From NCBI GenBank assembly GCA_049325595.1, contig JBMOLF010000015.1, positions 160,001-224,000 of the forward strand: DNA of 64,000 bases. The letters are read 5' to 3'. Position numbers and translations under genes: made by a program. Below the pieces are notes generated by a model. It was not told the DNA's origin. It ran no database searches and saw only the letters and a list, made by a program, of their open reading frames with translations. How positions within the stretch are numbered: position 1 is the stretch's first letter; each line of letters starts with the position of its first letter. This document shows, in pieces, positions 18,709-27,350 of this stretch. The stretch is from Candidatus Babelota bacterium. Its GTDB lineage: Bacteria; Babelota; Babeliae; Babelales; Vermiphilaceae.

Positions 18709-20082
18709 TTACAAATGATCTGCGTCTTCAAACTTGGTGAGATCTTTTGCAAAGTGCAAGAATATGGTGCCCGTTGGACCATTACGCTGCTTACCAATAA
18801 TAAGTTCAGCAATTGAAGGATTTTCCGTTTCAGGGTTATAAACTACATCACGATATAAAAACATAATTAAATCGGCATCTTGCTCAATTGCACCTGACTC
18901 TCGCAAATCTGAAAGCAGTGGTCGTTTATCCATACGGCTGTCTACCGCACGTGAAAGCTGAGAAAGAGCGATTATAGGAAGATCAAGTTCTTTTGCCAGC
19001 GCTTTTAATGAACGGGAAATATCTGAAACTTCTTGATGTCGATTTTCATGTTTTTTACTTGAATGCACTAGCTGCAAATAATCTATTACTAAAAATTGTA
19101 GATTATGCTCCGCTTTTAATTTTCTTGCTTTTGCGCGCAAGTCAGTCACACTTACCATCGCCGTATCATCTATAAACAGCTTCATGTTAGCAAGGCGTGC
19201 GGCTACATTAGTAAGCTCAACCCATTCATCTGAGGTTATAGTAGCATTACGAATATTGTGATGAGGTATTCCTGCTTCAGCTGAAAGTAAACGTAAGGTG
19301 AGTTGTTCGGCAGCCATCTCAAGGGAGAAAAAACCTACGGTAACACCACTTGCAGCTGCTTCGAGTGCTAAACTTAAAGCGAGAGCCGTTTTACCCATCG
19401 AAGGTCGCGCAGCTAATACAATTAAATCTCCCTTTTGAAAACCCGATGTCATTATATCAAGTTTTTTATAACCTGAGGCTACGCCCGTTATACCCTTGCT
19501 GTGACTTTTAATTTCAGATAAATGTTGGAAAGTTTTTTTAAGCCAGATATCAAGCTGCACAAAACTTTGACTAGCACGCTTGTTAGAAATCTGAAAGATA
19601 GTTTTTTCAGCAGCATCCAATACACTGTCTATTTCTTGTTCATTTTGATCATAGCAATGTGAAATAATCGACGTTGCAGAGCTAATGAGCTCACGCAAAG
19701 TCGATTTCTCTTTAATAAGCTTTGCATGCTGCTCAACAAGCCCTGCACCTGAAAAATCTTCCGTTAGTGATACCAAATATACCAATCCGCCCGCTGCTTC
19801 AAGTTGATTTTTTTTGGTGAGTTCATCTTGAAGTGTAACTAAATCAATGCGTGATCTTTTTTGGGCAATTTCCAAAATCGTTGCATAAATTACTTGATGT
19901 TGCGAGACATAAAAATCACTAGGCACTAATAATTCGGCTAGTAAACTTAATGTTTCGTCATTCAGTAATACAGCACCCAGAACCGCTTTTTCTGCTTGTA
20001 TATTAGCAGGCAATGTTCTGCCGAGTAATTTTTGTGCATCGATTGGTTTTGGTGTTAAAACACGTTTTTCAGGTTGTTGCAT
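18709..20082 (-). CDS. dnaB: Replicative DNA helicase
   Basis: AEKAVLGA, AARPSMGKT, FSLEM, IDYLQL, LSQLSR, DLRESGAIEQDAD, KQRNGPTG. Confidence 0.97.
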   Translation of the reverse strand: MQQPEKRVLTPKPIDAQKLLGRTLPANIQAEKAVLGAVLLNDETLSLLAELLVPSDFYVSQHQVIYATILEIAQKRSRIDLVTLQDELTKKNQLEAAGGLVYLVSLTEDFSGAGLVEQHAKLIKEKSTLRELISSATSIISHCYDQNEQEIDSVLDAAEKTIFQISNKRASQSFVQLDIWLKKTFQHLSEIKSHSKGITGVASGYKKLDIMTSGFQKGDLIVLAARPSMGKTALALSLALEAAASGVTVGFFSLEMAAEQLTLRLLSAEAGIPHHNIRNATITSDEWVELTNVAARLANMKLFIDDTAMVSVTDLRAKARKLKAEHNLQFLVIDYLQLVHSSKKHENRHQEVSDISRSLKALAKELDLPIIALSQLSRAVDSRMDKRPLLSDLRESGAIEQDADLIMFLYRDVVYNPETENPSIAELIIGKQRNGPTGTIFLHFAKDLTKFEDADHL

Positions 20083-20102
20083 AATTGTGTACTATTTGAT
20101 TA

Positions 20103-20555
20103 TTAACGTGTTTGTTCGGGTACAACATTAAGTATTAACGTAGGTTTTAAACGCGATGAAAGCTTAATAGTAATTTCATGCTTACCTTGCGTTTTAATAG
20201 ATTTGTCAAATTCTACTTGATTTTTTGAGATAATAATTTTCTTTTTAGCAAGTAGATCAACAATTTCATTAGCGCTTACTTTACCGTATAATTCACCATT
20301 ATCATGAATTTTTCGTGGTAAAGTTAATTCGGTTGATTTAATTTTTTCAGCAAGCTCAGAGGTTTTTGTTTCTATTTCTTCATTGCGCTGTTCAATTTGC
20401 TTAATACGTTTTTTAAAAAAAAATTCATTATCAGCAGTTATTTCTACTGCTAGTTTGCGAGGGAATAGAAAATTTTTTGCATAGCCATCGCTTACATTTT
20501 TAATATCGCCTGATTTGCCAACGTTTTCAACGTCTTTCAATAAAAAAACTTTCAC
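20103..20555 (-). CDS. rplI: 50S ribosomal protein L9
   Basis: [41 protein letters not shown] start at 20555. Confidence 0.95.
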   Translation of the reverse strand: MKVFLLKDVENVGKSGDIKNVSDGYAKNFLFPRKLAVEITADNEFFFKKRIKQIEQRNEEIETKTSELAEKIKSTELTLPRKIHDNGELYGKVSANEIVDLLAKKKIIISKNQVEFDKSIKTQGKHEITIKLSSRLKPTLILNVVPEQTR

Positions 20556-20782
20556 CAGTTGCCCTTTCTCTTTGTGAATAGACAATGTTAATTAGCATTA
20601 AGTGTAGTTAATATTTGGAATTTTGAAAATAGGAACGTACAAATTAGTTTCCTTATAAGATATAAGTAAATAGCCTTTTGTAAATTGGCTTTATACTGAA
20701 TGATTTCAATATCATCAAACATCACCTAATAATATTTTCATAATAGATTCGTTATGCGACGACATGGGTTAAAATAAATTAC

Positions 20783-21211
20783 TCATAGCTTAATTGGTTT
20801 TGCCAAAATTTTGTCATTATCTTTTAAAAGTTCATAGTGTATTTTTTGATAAGTGGTAGCCGTTAGATAAGTTAAACAACAGCTAACTCGCTCATTCTTT
20901 TGCTCGATAGCAAGATTTAGCTTTCCACTTGGTAAATTATAGCGCTCTAATTTTTCTATGCTCAAATGATATTCTTTCGATGGCCAGTTTTTATTCTTTA
21001 GCAGCAATTTAATAACATTTACTGCCATTTCTTTTAACGTATGTTTAATTTTTTGATTTGTGTATTGGTTATAAGCATTTTGATGCATCAATGTTAAACA
21101 TGCCATGTAATAACTACCCAGTGTTGTTAAAAAACTCAGTATCAGTATTATCATAAGCAAAGCATTACCCTGTTTAGGCCGTGGGCACCATTTCATGCAC
21201 ATACCATCCAT
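20783..21211 (-). CDS. Minor pilin/pseudopilin, PilX/GspK-like
   Basis: KQG|NALLMIILILSFL class III signal without E5; last gene of the pilin trio. Confidence 0.55.
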   Translation of the reverse strand: MDGMCMKWCPRPKQGNALLMIILILSFLTTLGSYYMACLTLMHQNAYNQYTNQKIKHTLKEMAVNVIKLLLKNKNWPSKEYHLSIEKLERYNLPSGKLNLAIEQKNERVSCCLTYLTATTYQKIHYELLKDNDKILAKPIKL

Positions 21212-21677
21212 TTTTTAAATTCCAGACAAATTTTTTTGGATTATTTACAAAATAAAGCTCGATCATAATGGTATTTTTTTTGTTACTCACAAGAGCACAG
21301 CAAAAACTTTTTATATTATTTGCAACTAAGGCCGTGTTGCACGCATTATCTTGTATCATTGTATATTTTCTATATAATGCATTACCTTTTTGAAACCATG
21401 TTATAAAGGCTTTCTCATCATTCAAATACAATTTACCATCATCAATTTTCATGCTTGCTGGATTTGCATAAAAATAATCGGTTGCTAAAAGATCATATAC
21501 GGTATTTGCTTGGCGCGCACAATGACACTCGTAATATCGATTTTTAAGTTTGTACTGGATAGCAAAAACGGCCTGCAAACAAAAACCAACAAGAACAACG
21601 CTTAGAGTACTATAAATCAGAAATTCAAATAGCGTAAATCCCTGCGCACGCTGATTTATCAACAAGCTTCTTGCCAT
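21174..21677 (-). CDS. Minor pilin/pseudopilin, PilW/GspJ-like
   Basis: RAQG|FTLFEFLIYSTLSVVL prepilin cleavage/methylation motif. Confidence 0.75.
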   Translation of the reverse strand: MARSLLINQRAQGFTLFEFLIYSTLSVVLVGFCLQAVFAIQYKLKNRYYECHCARQANTVYDLLATDYFYANPASMKIDDGKLYLNDEKAFITWFQKGNALYRKYTMIQDNACNTALVANNIKSFCCALVSNKKNTIMIELYFVNNPKKFVWNLKNGWYVHEMVPTA

Positions 21678-21907
21678 ACCGCCTGCATCTTAGTTTTTAA
21701 TTCTGATTTAAGTTTTTTATTTTTTGATTCCGCGACGAATAATGCATCGTAAAGTATAATTGTTTTTTGGCAGTGATTCACGACATATATTGTTAATTGC
21801 CATGCCACTGTCATTAGTATCATGAGCACAAACAATACATAACCAATTTCTATTAATAGAAAACCGTGTTCTGCTCTTTTTTTATACACAATATTAAATT
21901 CCTGCAA
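21659..21907 (-). CDS. Minor pilin/pseudopilin, PilV/GspI-like
   Basis: KKRAEHG|FLLIEIGYVLFVLMIL motif with E5. Confidence 0.65.
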   Translation of the reverse strand: MQEFNIVYKKRAEHGFLLIEIGYVLFVLMILMTVAWQLTIYVVNHCQKTIILYDALFVAESKNKKLKSELKTKMQAVWQEAC

Positions 21908-21998
21908 AAATGCTTAATTGCCCTATTTCTTTAATTTAGAAAAATTTTAGTGTAATCTGTTTGATAACTTCAATATCTTAGCACAAGAAAAGGATCAT

Positions 21999-23675
21999 AT
22001 GTTACCTAAGAGCCTTTTAAAATCACTACAAATCTTTGTACTTTTAATCGGATTATCAATTAATGTTGTTAGTAATTTGCATGCAGCTCAACCTGGATTG
22101 CCTGCTAATAGCAAAGGAATGGCATTAAGCCAAGAAGATATAAAAATGCTCAATGAAGTTGAACAAGAAATCAACAAATTTGTGGCTACCCTTTCGCCCG
22201 AGGAACAACAAGCTTTTTGGAAAGATGTTGATGAGCTTACTAAAGTAATGAGCACCATGAGTGAAGATGAACTAGTTAAATTCATGGAAGATGTTTTCCA
22301 AGAGCAAGCGCCAGCACCTACGCCACCCGTTGTTGCTCCTCCTGCACCAGCACCAGTTGAAAAACCAGTTATTGAAGAACCTAAACCAATTAAACCTGAA
22401 ATGCTTAAAGCCCAAGAAAGAGCACTGATATTAATTGATTCACTTATAACTAAAATAAATAATTTTATTGGTAAAACACAACTTATTCCTGATCTTTCAA
22501 CCAACATTAAAAATTGGGCACAAGGAAAAAAATTAAAAAATTGGCCTTCCAATACCAGTTGGTCACAATTTAAATCGCAAATTGAAGAACTAGAAGTAAA
22601 ACTAAACCGCCTTAAAGAGCGTAATCCAAAAACTAATCAGTATCGTCACCTTGATGAGTTTATTAAAAATGAAGCTTTATATAATAATTTAAGTAAATTA
22701 AATTCAGTTCTGTCAGCTCATGAGCCTAAAATTGAATTGCCTTCTTTTGTTCTTGAAAAAATGTCTGAAGATGCCAAAACAGCATTAAGAACCGTAATTG
22801 ATTCTCTTGTTGAAGCGGTAACGATATTACAAATTCCTACAGATATTGAGGCAGTATTTGAAAAATACGAGCCAATAGCCAAAACCATTAAAGAACAAGA
22901 AGAAGCCGCAAAAAAACGAGCCGCGGAAGCTCCCGGGGTTAAAGCAGGACCAACCATTGTTGGTGGACGCAAGCAAGAACCGGTAGATCGTTTTAAGCCT
23001 GAGTATTTACCCGAGCCATATTTTCCACCTTATCAACCAGATTTTTTCCCTTCTGAACCTGCGCGTGAACCAAAAAGAGCTGAAGAAAAGGCCGGCGAAA
23101 AAGAAACAAAACAGCCAGAAGCTCCTGCTAAAAAAGAAGACGAAAAGAAAGAGGAAAAAAAAGCTGAGCTCGATAAAGTTGCTGAAAGTCATATCACCAC
23201 CACTGATGCGCAATTAACTAACATTGCCGGCATCGTGGATGATTTCCGTCAGCTAAAAAATCTCAAAGATTTCTTATATGGCTCAGAGCCAGTAAGTAAA
23301 GAACTTATCACTGAAGGTATTGCTGGGCTTAATAAAGCAGCGCGCGATGGTCGCAATGCCCTACGCTCACTTAAATTGCGTATGAGCAAACTCAATGATA
23401 AAGAAAAAGAAGAAGTAAAACTTTTGATTAAGAATATATCAAAAGAATATGGCGACACGCTCAACAGATTATCTGCTCAAATAGAAGATGCACGATTAAG
23501 CATGGGCGGTTTTTCACCTGAAAAACAATGGGCTTTCTTTGGCATTGAACCTTCAGATACTCAAAGACAACATGTCGATGATTTCAAGAAAAATACCGGT
23601 ATTTCAACACCAGTAAATCTTTTAGATCTTAAATCACGTATTGATGAGCTTAAAAAAGCTCTTGATGCAATATAA
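21999..23675 (+). CDS. Secreted alpha-helical protein with Pro-rich linkers
   Basis: Signal peptide LHA|AQP; PAPTPPVVAPPAPAP; K/E-rich. Confidence 0.75.
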   Translation: MLPKSLLKSLQIFVLLIGLSINVVSNLHAAQPGLPANSKGMALSQEDIKMLNEVEQEINKFVATLSPEEQQAFWKDVDELTKVMSTMSEDELVKFMEDVFQEQAPAPTPPVVAPPAPAPVEKPVIEEPKPIKPEMLKAQERALILIDSLITKINNFIGKTQLIPDLSTNIKNWAQGKKLKNWPSNTSWSQFKSQIEELEVKLNRLKERNPKTNQYRHLDEFIKNEALYNNLSKLNSVLSAHEPKIELPSFVLEKMSEDAKTALRTVIDSLVEAVTILQIPTDIEAVFEKYEPIAKTIKEQEEAAKKRAAEAPGVKAGPTIVGGRKQEPVDRFKPEYLPEPYFPPYQPDFFPSEPAREPKRAEEKAGEKETKQPEAPAKKEDEKKEEKKAELDKVAESHITTTDAQLTNIAGIVDDFRQLKNLKDFLYGSEPVSKELITEGIAGLNKAARDGRNALRSLKLRMSKLNDKEKEEVKLLIKNISKEYGDTLNRLSAQIEDARLSMGGFSPEKQWAFFGIEPSDTQRQHVDDFKKNTGISTPVNLLDLKSRIDELKKALDAI

Positions 23676-23702
23676 TAGATCAGCTACAATTTTATCCAAT
23701 TT

Positions 23703-23732
23703 AAAAGAAGCAGCATTCAAGCTGCTTCTTTT
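23703..23732 (+). terminator. Intrinsic terminator
   Basis: AAAAGAAGCAGC-ATTCAA-GCTGCTTCTTTT. Confidence 0.75.
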
Positions 23733-23765
23733 GCATATAAAAATCACATTTATGCAGGAGAAAAC

Positions 23766-24059
23766 GTGATTAAAAAATTTTTAATTCTTTTATTTAGTTT
23801 ATATGGCATTTCGTTTGCTAGTGAATTATCTGAAATACAAAAAATCAAAACAAAAAATCTCACTGAATTGAAAAAAATAGAAAAACTAATAACTGACCAA
23901 ATGAATAAATGTTACGATGATCTTTTTTGGGCAATTATTAGAGGTGAAATAACCGGAATGTCTGTATTTGGCGCAGATGAACATTGTAAAAAGCAATATA
24001 AGAAAATTTTGGAGCGCGTCCAAAAAACAATAAAAAAATGTGAGAAATCAAATCAATAG
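23766..24059 (+). CDS. Small secreted hypothetical protein
   Basis: AGGAG RBS, GTG start, SFA|SEL. Confidence 0.6.
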   Translation: MIKKFLILLFSLYGISFASELSEIQKIKTKNLTELKKIEKLITDQMNKCYDDLFWAIIRGEITGMSVFGADEHCKKQYKKILERVQKTIKKCEKSNQ

Positions 24060-24066
24060 GAGTTTT

Positions 24067-24447
24067 ATGTATAAAAAAATAATAATTGCACTGCTATTTT
24101 CTACAGGATTATCAATCAATGCTCATGAGTACTATAATCCTCGCAAAAGCCCTATCGTGATTATCGAAAATCATGATGATGATCATAATCAACACCACCA
24201 CCATCATCATAAACATAAAAATAATGCACAAGCAGCAGTACATGGATTTGCAACTTCTTGTACAACAAATCTACTTGGTTATGCTATTACAAAAGATGCA
24301 ATAAAAAGTAGCTTGCTTGCAGGCTCTTCTGATTTGGCATTAGGTCTTTTACATAAAAAATATTATAAAAATAGCGCTTATTGGGTTGGCGCAGGAATCG
24401 GTTGGGTGACAAGCATGGCATTAATAGGATACCTCACCTCAAAATAA
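24067..24447 (+). CDS. Secreted/membrane protein with poly-His tract
   Basis: AGGAG RBS before ATG 24067; INA|HEY; HDDDHNQHHHHHHKHK; hydrophobic C-terminus. Confidence 0.6.
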   Translation: MYKKIIIALLFSTGLSINAHEYYNPRKSPIVIIENHDDDHNQHHHHHHKHKNNAQAAVHGFATSCTTNLLGYAITKDAIKSSLLAGSSDLALGLLHKKYYKNSAYWVGAGIGWVTSMALIGYLTSK

Positions 24448-24626
24448 TCTGTTTTTAAATCATAAAATTCAGGCGCAATAAAGTTGCGCCTTTTTTAGTT
24501 AAAAAAAATTAACTCATTTTAATAACTTATCATGTAAGAATTTATTTTTTGTCCAAATAGCATATTTTTGATACACTCCAAAAAGTAGTTATACCTATTT
24601 TACAACCTTTTTACTGTGTATTTATT

Positions 24627-25805
24627 ATGAAAAAATCTCGTAACTGTTTTGTCATATATAGTTTTGTTTTTTTCTTTTCTTCTACTGTATTTTTAGCTAT
24701 GGAAAAAAATAATAAACCTACTATTCCAGAAGAAAGAAGTTTAGATTTTTTTAAAACAAAAACTCATGAAAATCGACTTGTACAATTAGGAGCCAGAGTT
24801 CTTTGGAAAATACGAGAAGATAAATATATAGCAAAAGATTTAGATAACCAATTAGCTGATTTATCAAAAGCGTATTATGCAATCTATAATGCAGCATCTC
24901 AAAAAATAGGATTTTTGTTTAACAAAGGAAGCATAAAACTTGTTGGCCAAAAAAACTTTAAGGTATATGAAACGTTTGGTACTTATGCTTTATTAGCAAA
25001 TCCGAAATTAACTGGTACTAATGCCGATTGGCGTAATTTAGTTACTTTTAATAAACGCGCTGATTCACGCGCATCAACTCATTTTTATTCACCTGAATAT
25101 ACACAATATGGTATTAATTTAGAATTTGATAATAGTTTTGCCGCAGAACTAAACAAATTTCCCAACGACCATCAACATTTATTATTTGGCGTGGTAAGCA
25201 AGGAAAAAGATACTTTCTTCTTTAAACCAGAAGAACATGGCACTCATTATACGGAAACACCTGCTCACGCACTTGGATTAGGCAAATCATTTACTCGAAA
25301 ACATATTTTACCTATTTTTGAAAAAATAATTCCTTCTTTTGCTCCAGTAGTTGAATCTTTTACCGGAAAAGAACATGACCCCTTATCACGCAGAGAGACA
25401 GTTAATCCAGAATGGATTAAAGAATATAACAACATTATTAATAATTCTTATATGAATGATGAAGCTAAAAATCAACACATTGCCTTATTTAAAAAAGAAG
25501 GTATTCAATTTGTAACGCAACAATTAGATCATTGTTCAAAAACTTTTAATGCGCTTATACAGAATCCTAAAATAAAAGAATACACACCACAAGAACATAC
25601 CTTGACTAATGAGCAAATCATAGCATACCATGCGGGAATGCCTCATTATCCGTGGGAACAATTAATGGTTTTTGTCGGTAAAATTGGTAAAAAGAATGAT
25701 AATATTCTTTTCAGACAAGGAGAAGAAGTCATTTTAACCGATAAAGATTTAGATAAATATTTAAAAGAAACAGACATATATATGTCAGAGTTATACAAGG
25801 ATTAA
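24627..25805 (+). CDS. Secreted hypothetical protein, paralog of 26060
   Basis: FLA|MEKNN; RASTHF, TQYGI, HQHLLFGVVSK, FKPEEHGT. Confidence 0.75.
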   Translation: MKKSRNCFVIYSFVFFFSSTVFLAMEKNNKPTIPEERSLDFFKTKTHENRLVQLGARVLWKIREDKYIAKDLDNQLADLSKAYYAIYNAASQKIGFLFNKGSIKLVGQKNFKVYETFGTYALLANPKLTGTNADWRNLVTFNKRADSRASTHFYSPEYTQYGINLEFDNSFAAELNKFPNDHQHLLFGVVSKEKDTFFFKPEEHGTHYTETPAHALGLGKSFTRKHILPIFEKIIPSFAPVVESFTGKEHDPLSRRETVNPEWIKEYNNIINNSYMNDEAKNQHIALFKKEGIQFVTQQLDHCSKTFNALIQNPKIKEYTPQEHTLTNEQIIAYHAGMPHYPWEQLMVFVGKIGKKNDNILFRQGEEVILTDKDLDKYLKETDIYMSELYKD

Positions 25806-26059
25806 AAATAAATTGAATTGCATGCTTTCACTTGCCCAGGATAATTATTCTGGGCTTTTTTATTTTTAGATGCAAATTCTTTTTCTTTCCTTGTTCTTGC
25901 TTTCTAGAGAATTTACATAAATTAATGAGTTATCAGACCTCAATGTCGAAAAGAAAACTAATTAATTGCCCCCCTTCTTAACATATTTTCTATTTGAAAT
26001 TTAATTAATTTCATGTTATTCTATAATAATATAGATTGATATAGAAAGGGAGGCATTTT

Positions 26060-27316
26060 ATGAAAATAAAAAAACTAGTTTTATTGCTTTTATGTATCGC
26101 TAATACAAGAGCAATGGAACACAATAATCCACTCTACGAATATTCCGAAGAATCTAAAAGCAGCAGTTCAAATGAAAGTCCTCGGCAACAAGTATATAAA
26201 GTAATTGATGAAAAAACCGGTGCCATTACGGCAGAATACCCAGGGCTTTCTTATTTTCAACGCGGCCCAACAGAAATTTGGACGCGCGGTCAAGAAATTC
26301 TTCGTCGCTTGGTTAACACACCACTTGCTCTACCTAAAATACAAAAGCCTGTTACCCGTATTGGCCAGCAACGTATGCCACAAAATAATCATAACTCCAC
26401 AGAAATTAACCCAGAGTTATCACTCGAGGATAGCAACTTAACTAAAGATCAGTATCTTGAAATGATTGTAGAAGTATTATGGGCTCTTTATAAAATTGCC
26501 AGTGAAAAGAAGGGTTTTCTGTTTGATAAAGGAACCATTGTAATCCACGATCCTGAATTGAAAATATTTAAATTTTTATTTAACTACACCCAACAAAGAA
26601 ATGACAAAATTACCGGTAAAAATGATAAAGCGTATTTTGTAACCTTTAACCCAGACACTACATCAAGGGCATCTACTCATTTTGTCGAAAGCCAAAAAGA
26701 ACATACTCAATATGGTATCGATATTCGCTTTGATGATCCAACATTGCAAACCATTTTTAAACTACCACATAACCATAAACACGTACTATATGGTATAGTT
26801 AGTAAAGCTAAAGGAATAATCTTCCTCAAATTCGAAGGGGCTGGAACCTACATTGCTGACGGTTTTATTGAACACGCCGGAAGCTTAGCGAAATCAATTG
26901 CGCGAAGCTCATGGTATCTTGCAAAGCCAATAGTACCAGAGTCCGTGTTTAAAAAAGGACAAGAAAAATTTGGCAGCGATAACGACCCTAATGCTTGTCG
27001 CGAAAAAGTACCAAAAGCAATAATAAAAGAGTTTTCAGAGATAATAAATGCTTCTAACCTTTCACCTGAAAAAAAAGCGCAACACATTATGCGTTTTAAA
27101 GAGCTTGGACTAAAACATGCGGTAATTATGAGTAAAATTCCAGACTCTATTACACCTGGTACCGATATACTCTTCCCGCATGAAGAAGTAAAAAAATTTG
27201 CTGACAAATATGTAAAGCAACTAGGTAATGACAGTAAGCAAAATGTATCATCAATTGGTAAATGGCGAGAAGTCGTTATAACAGAACTAGATATCAAAAA
27301 AGCGATAATGAGATAA
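26060..27316 (+). CDS. Secreted hypothetical protein, paralog of 24627
   Basis: TRA|MEHNN; RASTHF, TQYGID, HKHVLYGIVSK, LKFEGAGT. Confidence 0.75.
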   Translation: MKIKKLVLLLLCIANTRAMEHNNPLYEYSEESKSSSSNESPRQQVYKVIDEKTGAITAEYPGLSYFQRGPTEIWTRGQEILRRLVNTPLALPKIQKPVTRIGQQRMPQNNHNSTEINPELSLEDSNLTKDQYLEMIVEVLWALYKIASEKKGFLFDKGTIVIHDPELKIFKFLFNYTQQRNDKITGKNDKAYFVTFNPDTTSRASTHFVESQKEHTQYGIDIRFDDPTLQTIFKLPHNHKHVLYGIVSKAKGIIFLKFEGAGTYIADGFIEHAGSLAKSIARSSWYLAKPIVPESVFKKGQEKFGSDNDPNACREKVPKAIIKEFSEIINASNLSPEKKAQHIMRFKELGLKHAVIMSKIPDSITPGTDILFPHEEVKKFADKYVKQLGNDSKQNVSSIGKWREVVITELDIKKAIMR

Positions 27317-27317
27317 T

Positions 27318-27347
27318 AAAAAAGGCACTCAGATGAGTGCCTTTTTT
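27318..27347. terminator. Bidirectional intrinsic terminator
   Basis: AAAAAAGGCACTC-AGAT-GAGTGCCTTTTTT between convergent genes. Confidence 0.8.
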
Positions 27348-27350
27348 GAA

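Noticed and set aside
22088..23464. Antisense ORFs within 21999-23675, and similar shadows in ileS, pepA, dnaN, pgk, 26848-27387 and 47777-51100
   Set aside because: Opposite-strand or out-of-frame shadows of well-supported genes, with no motifs
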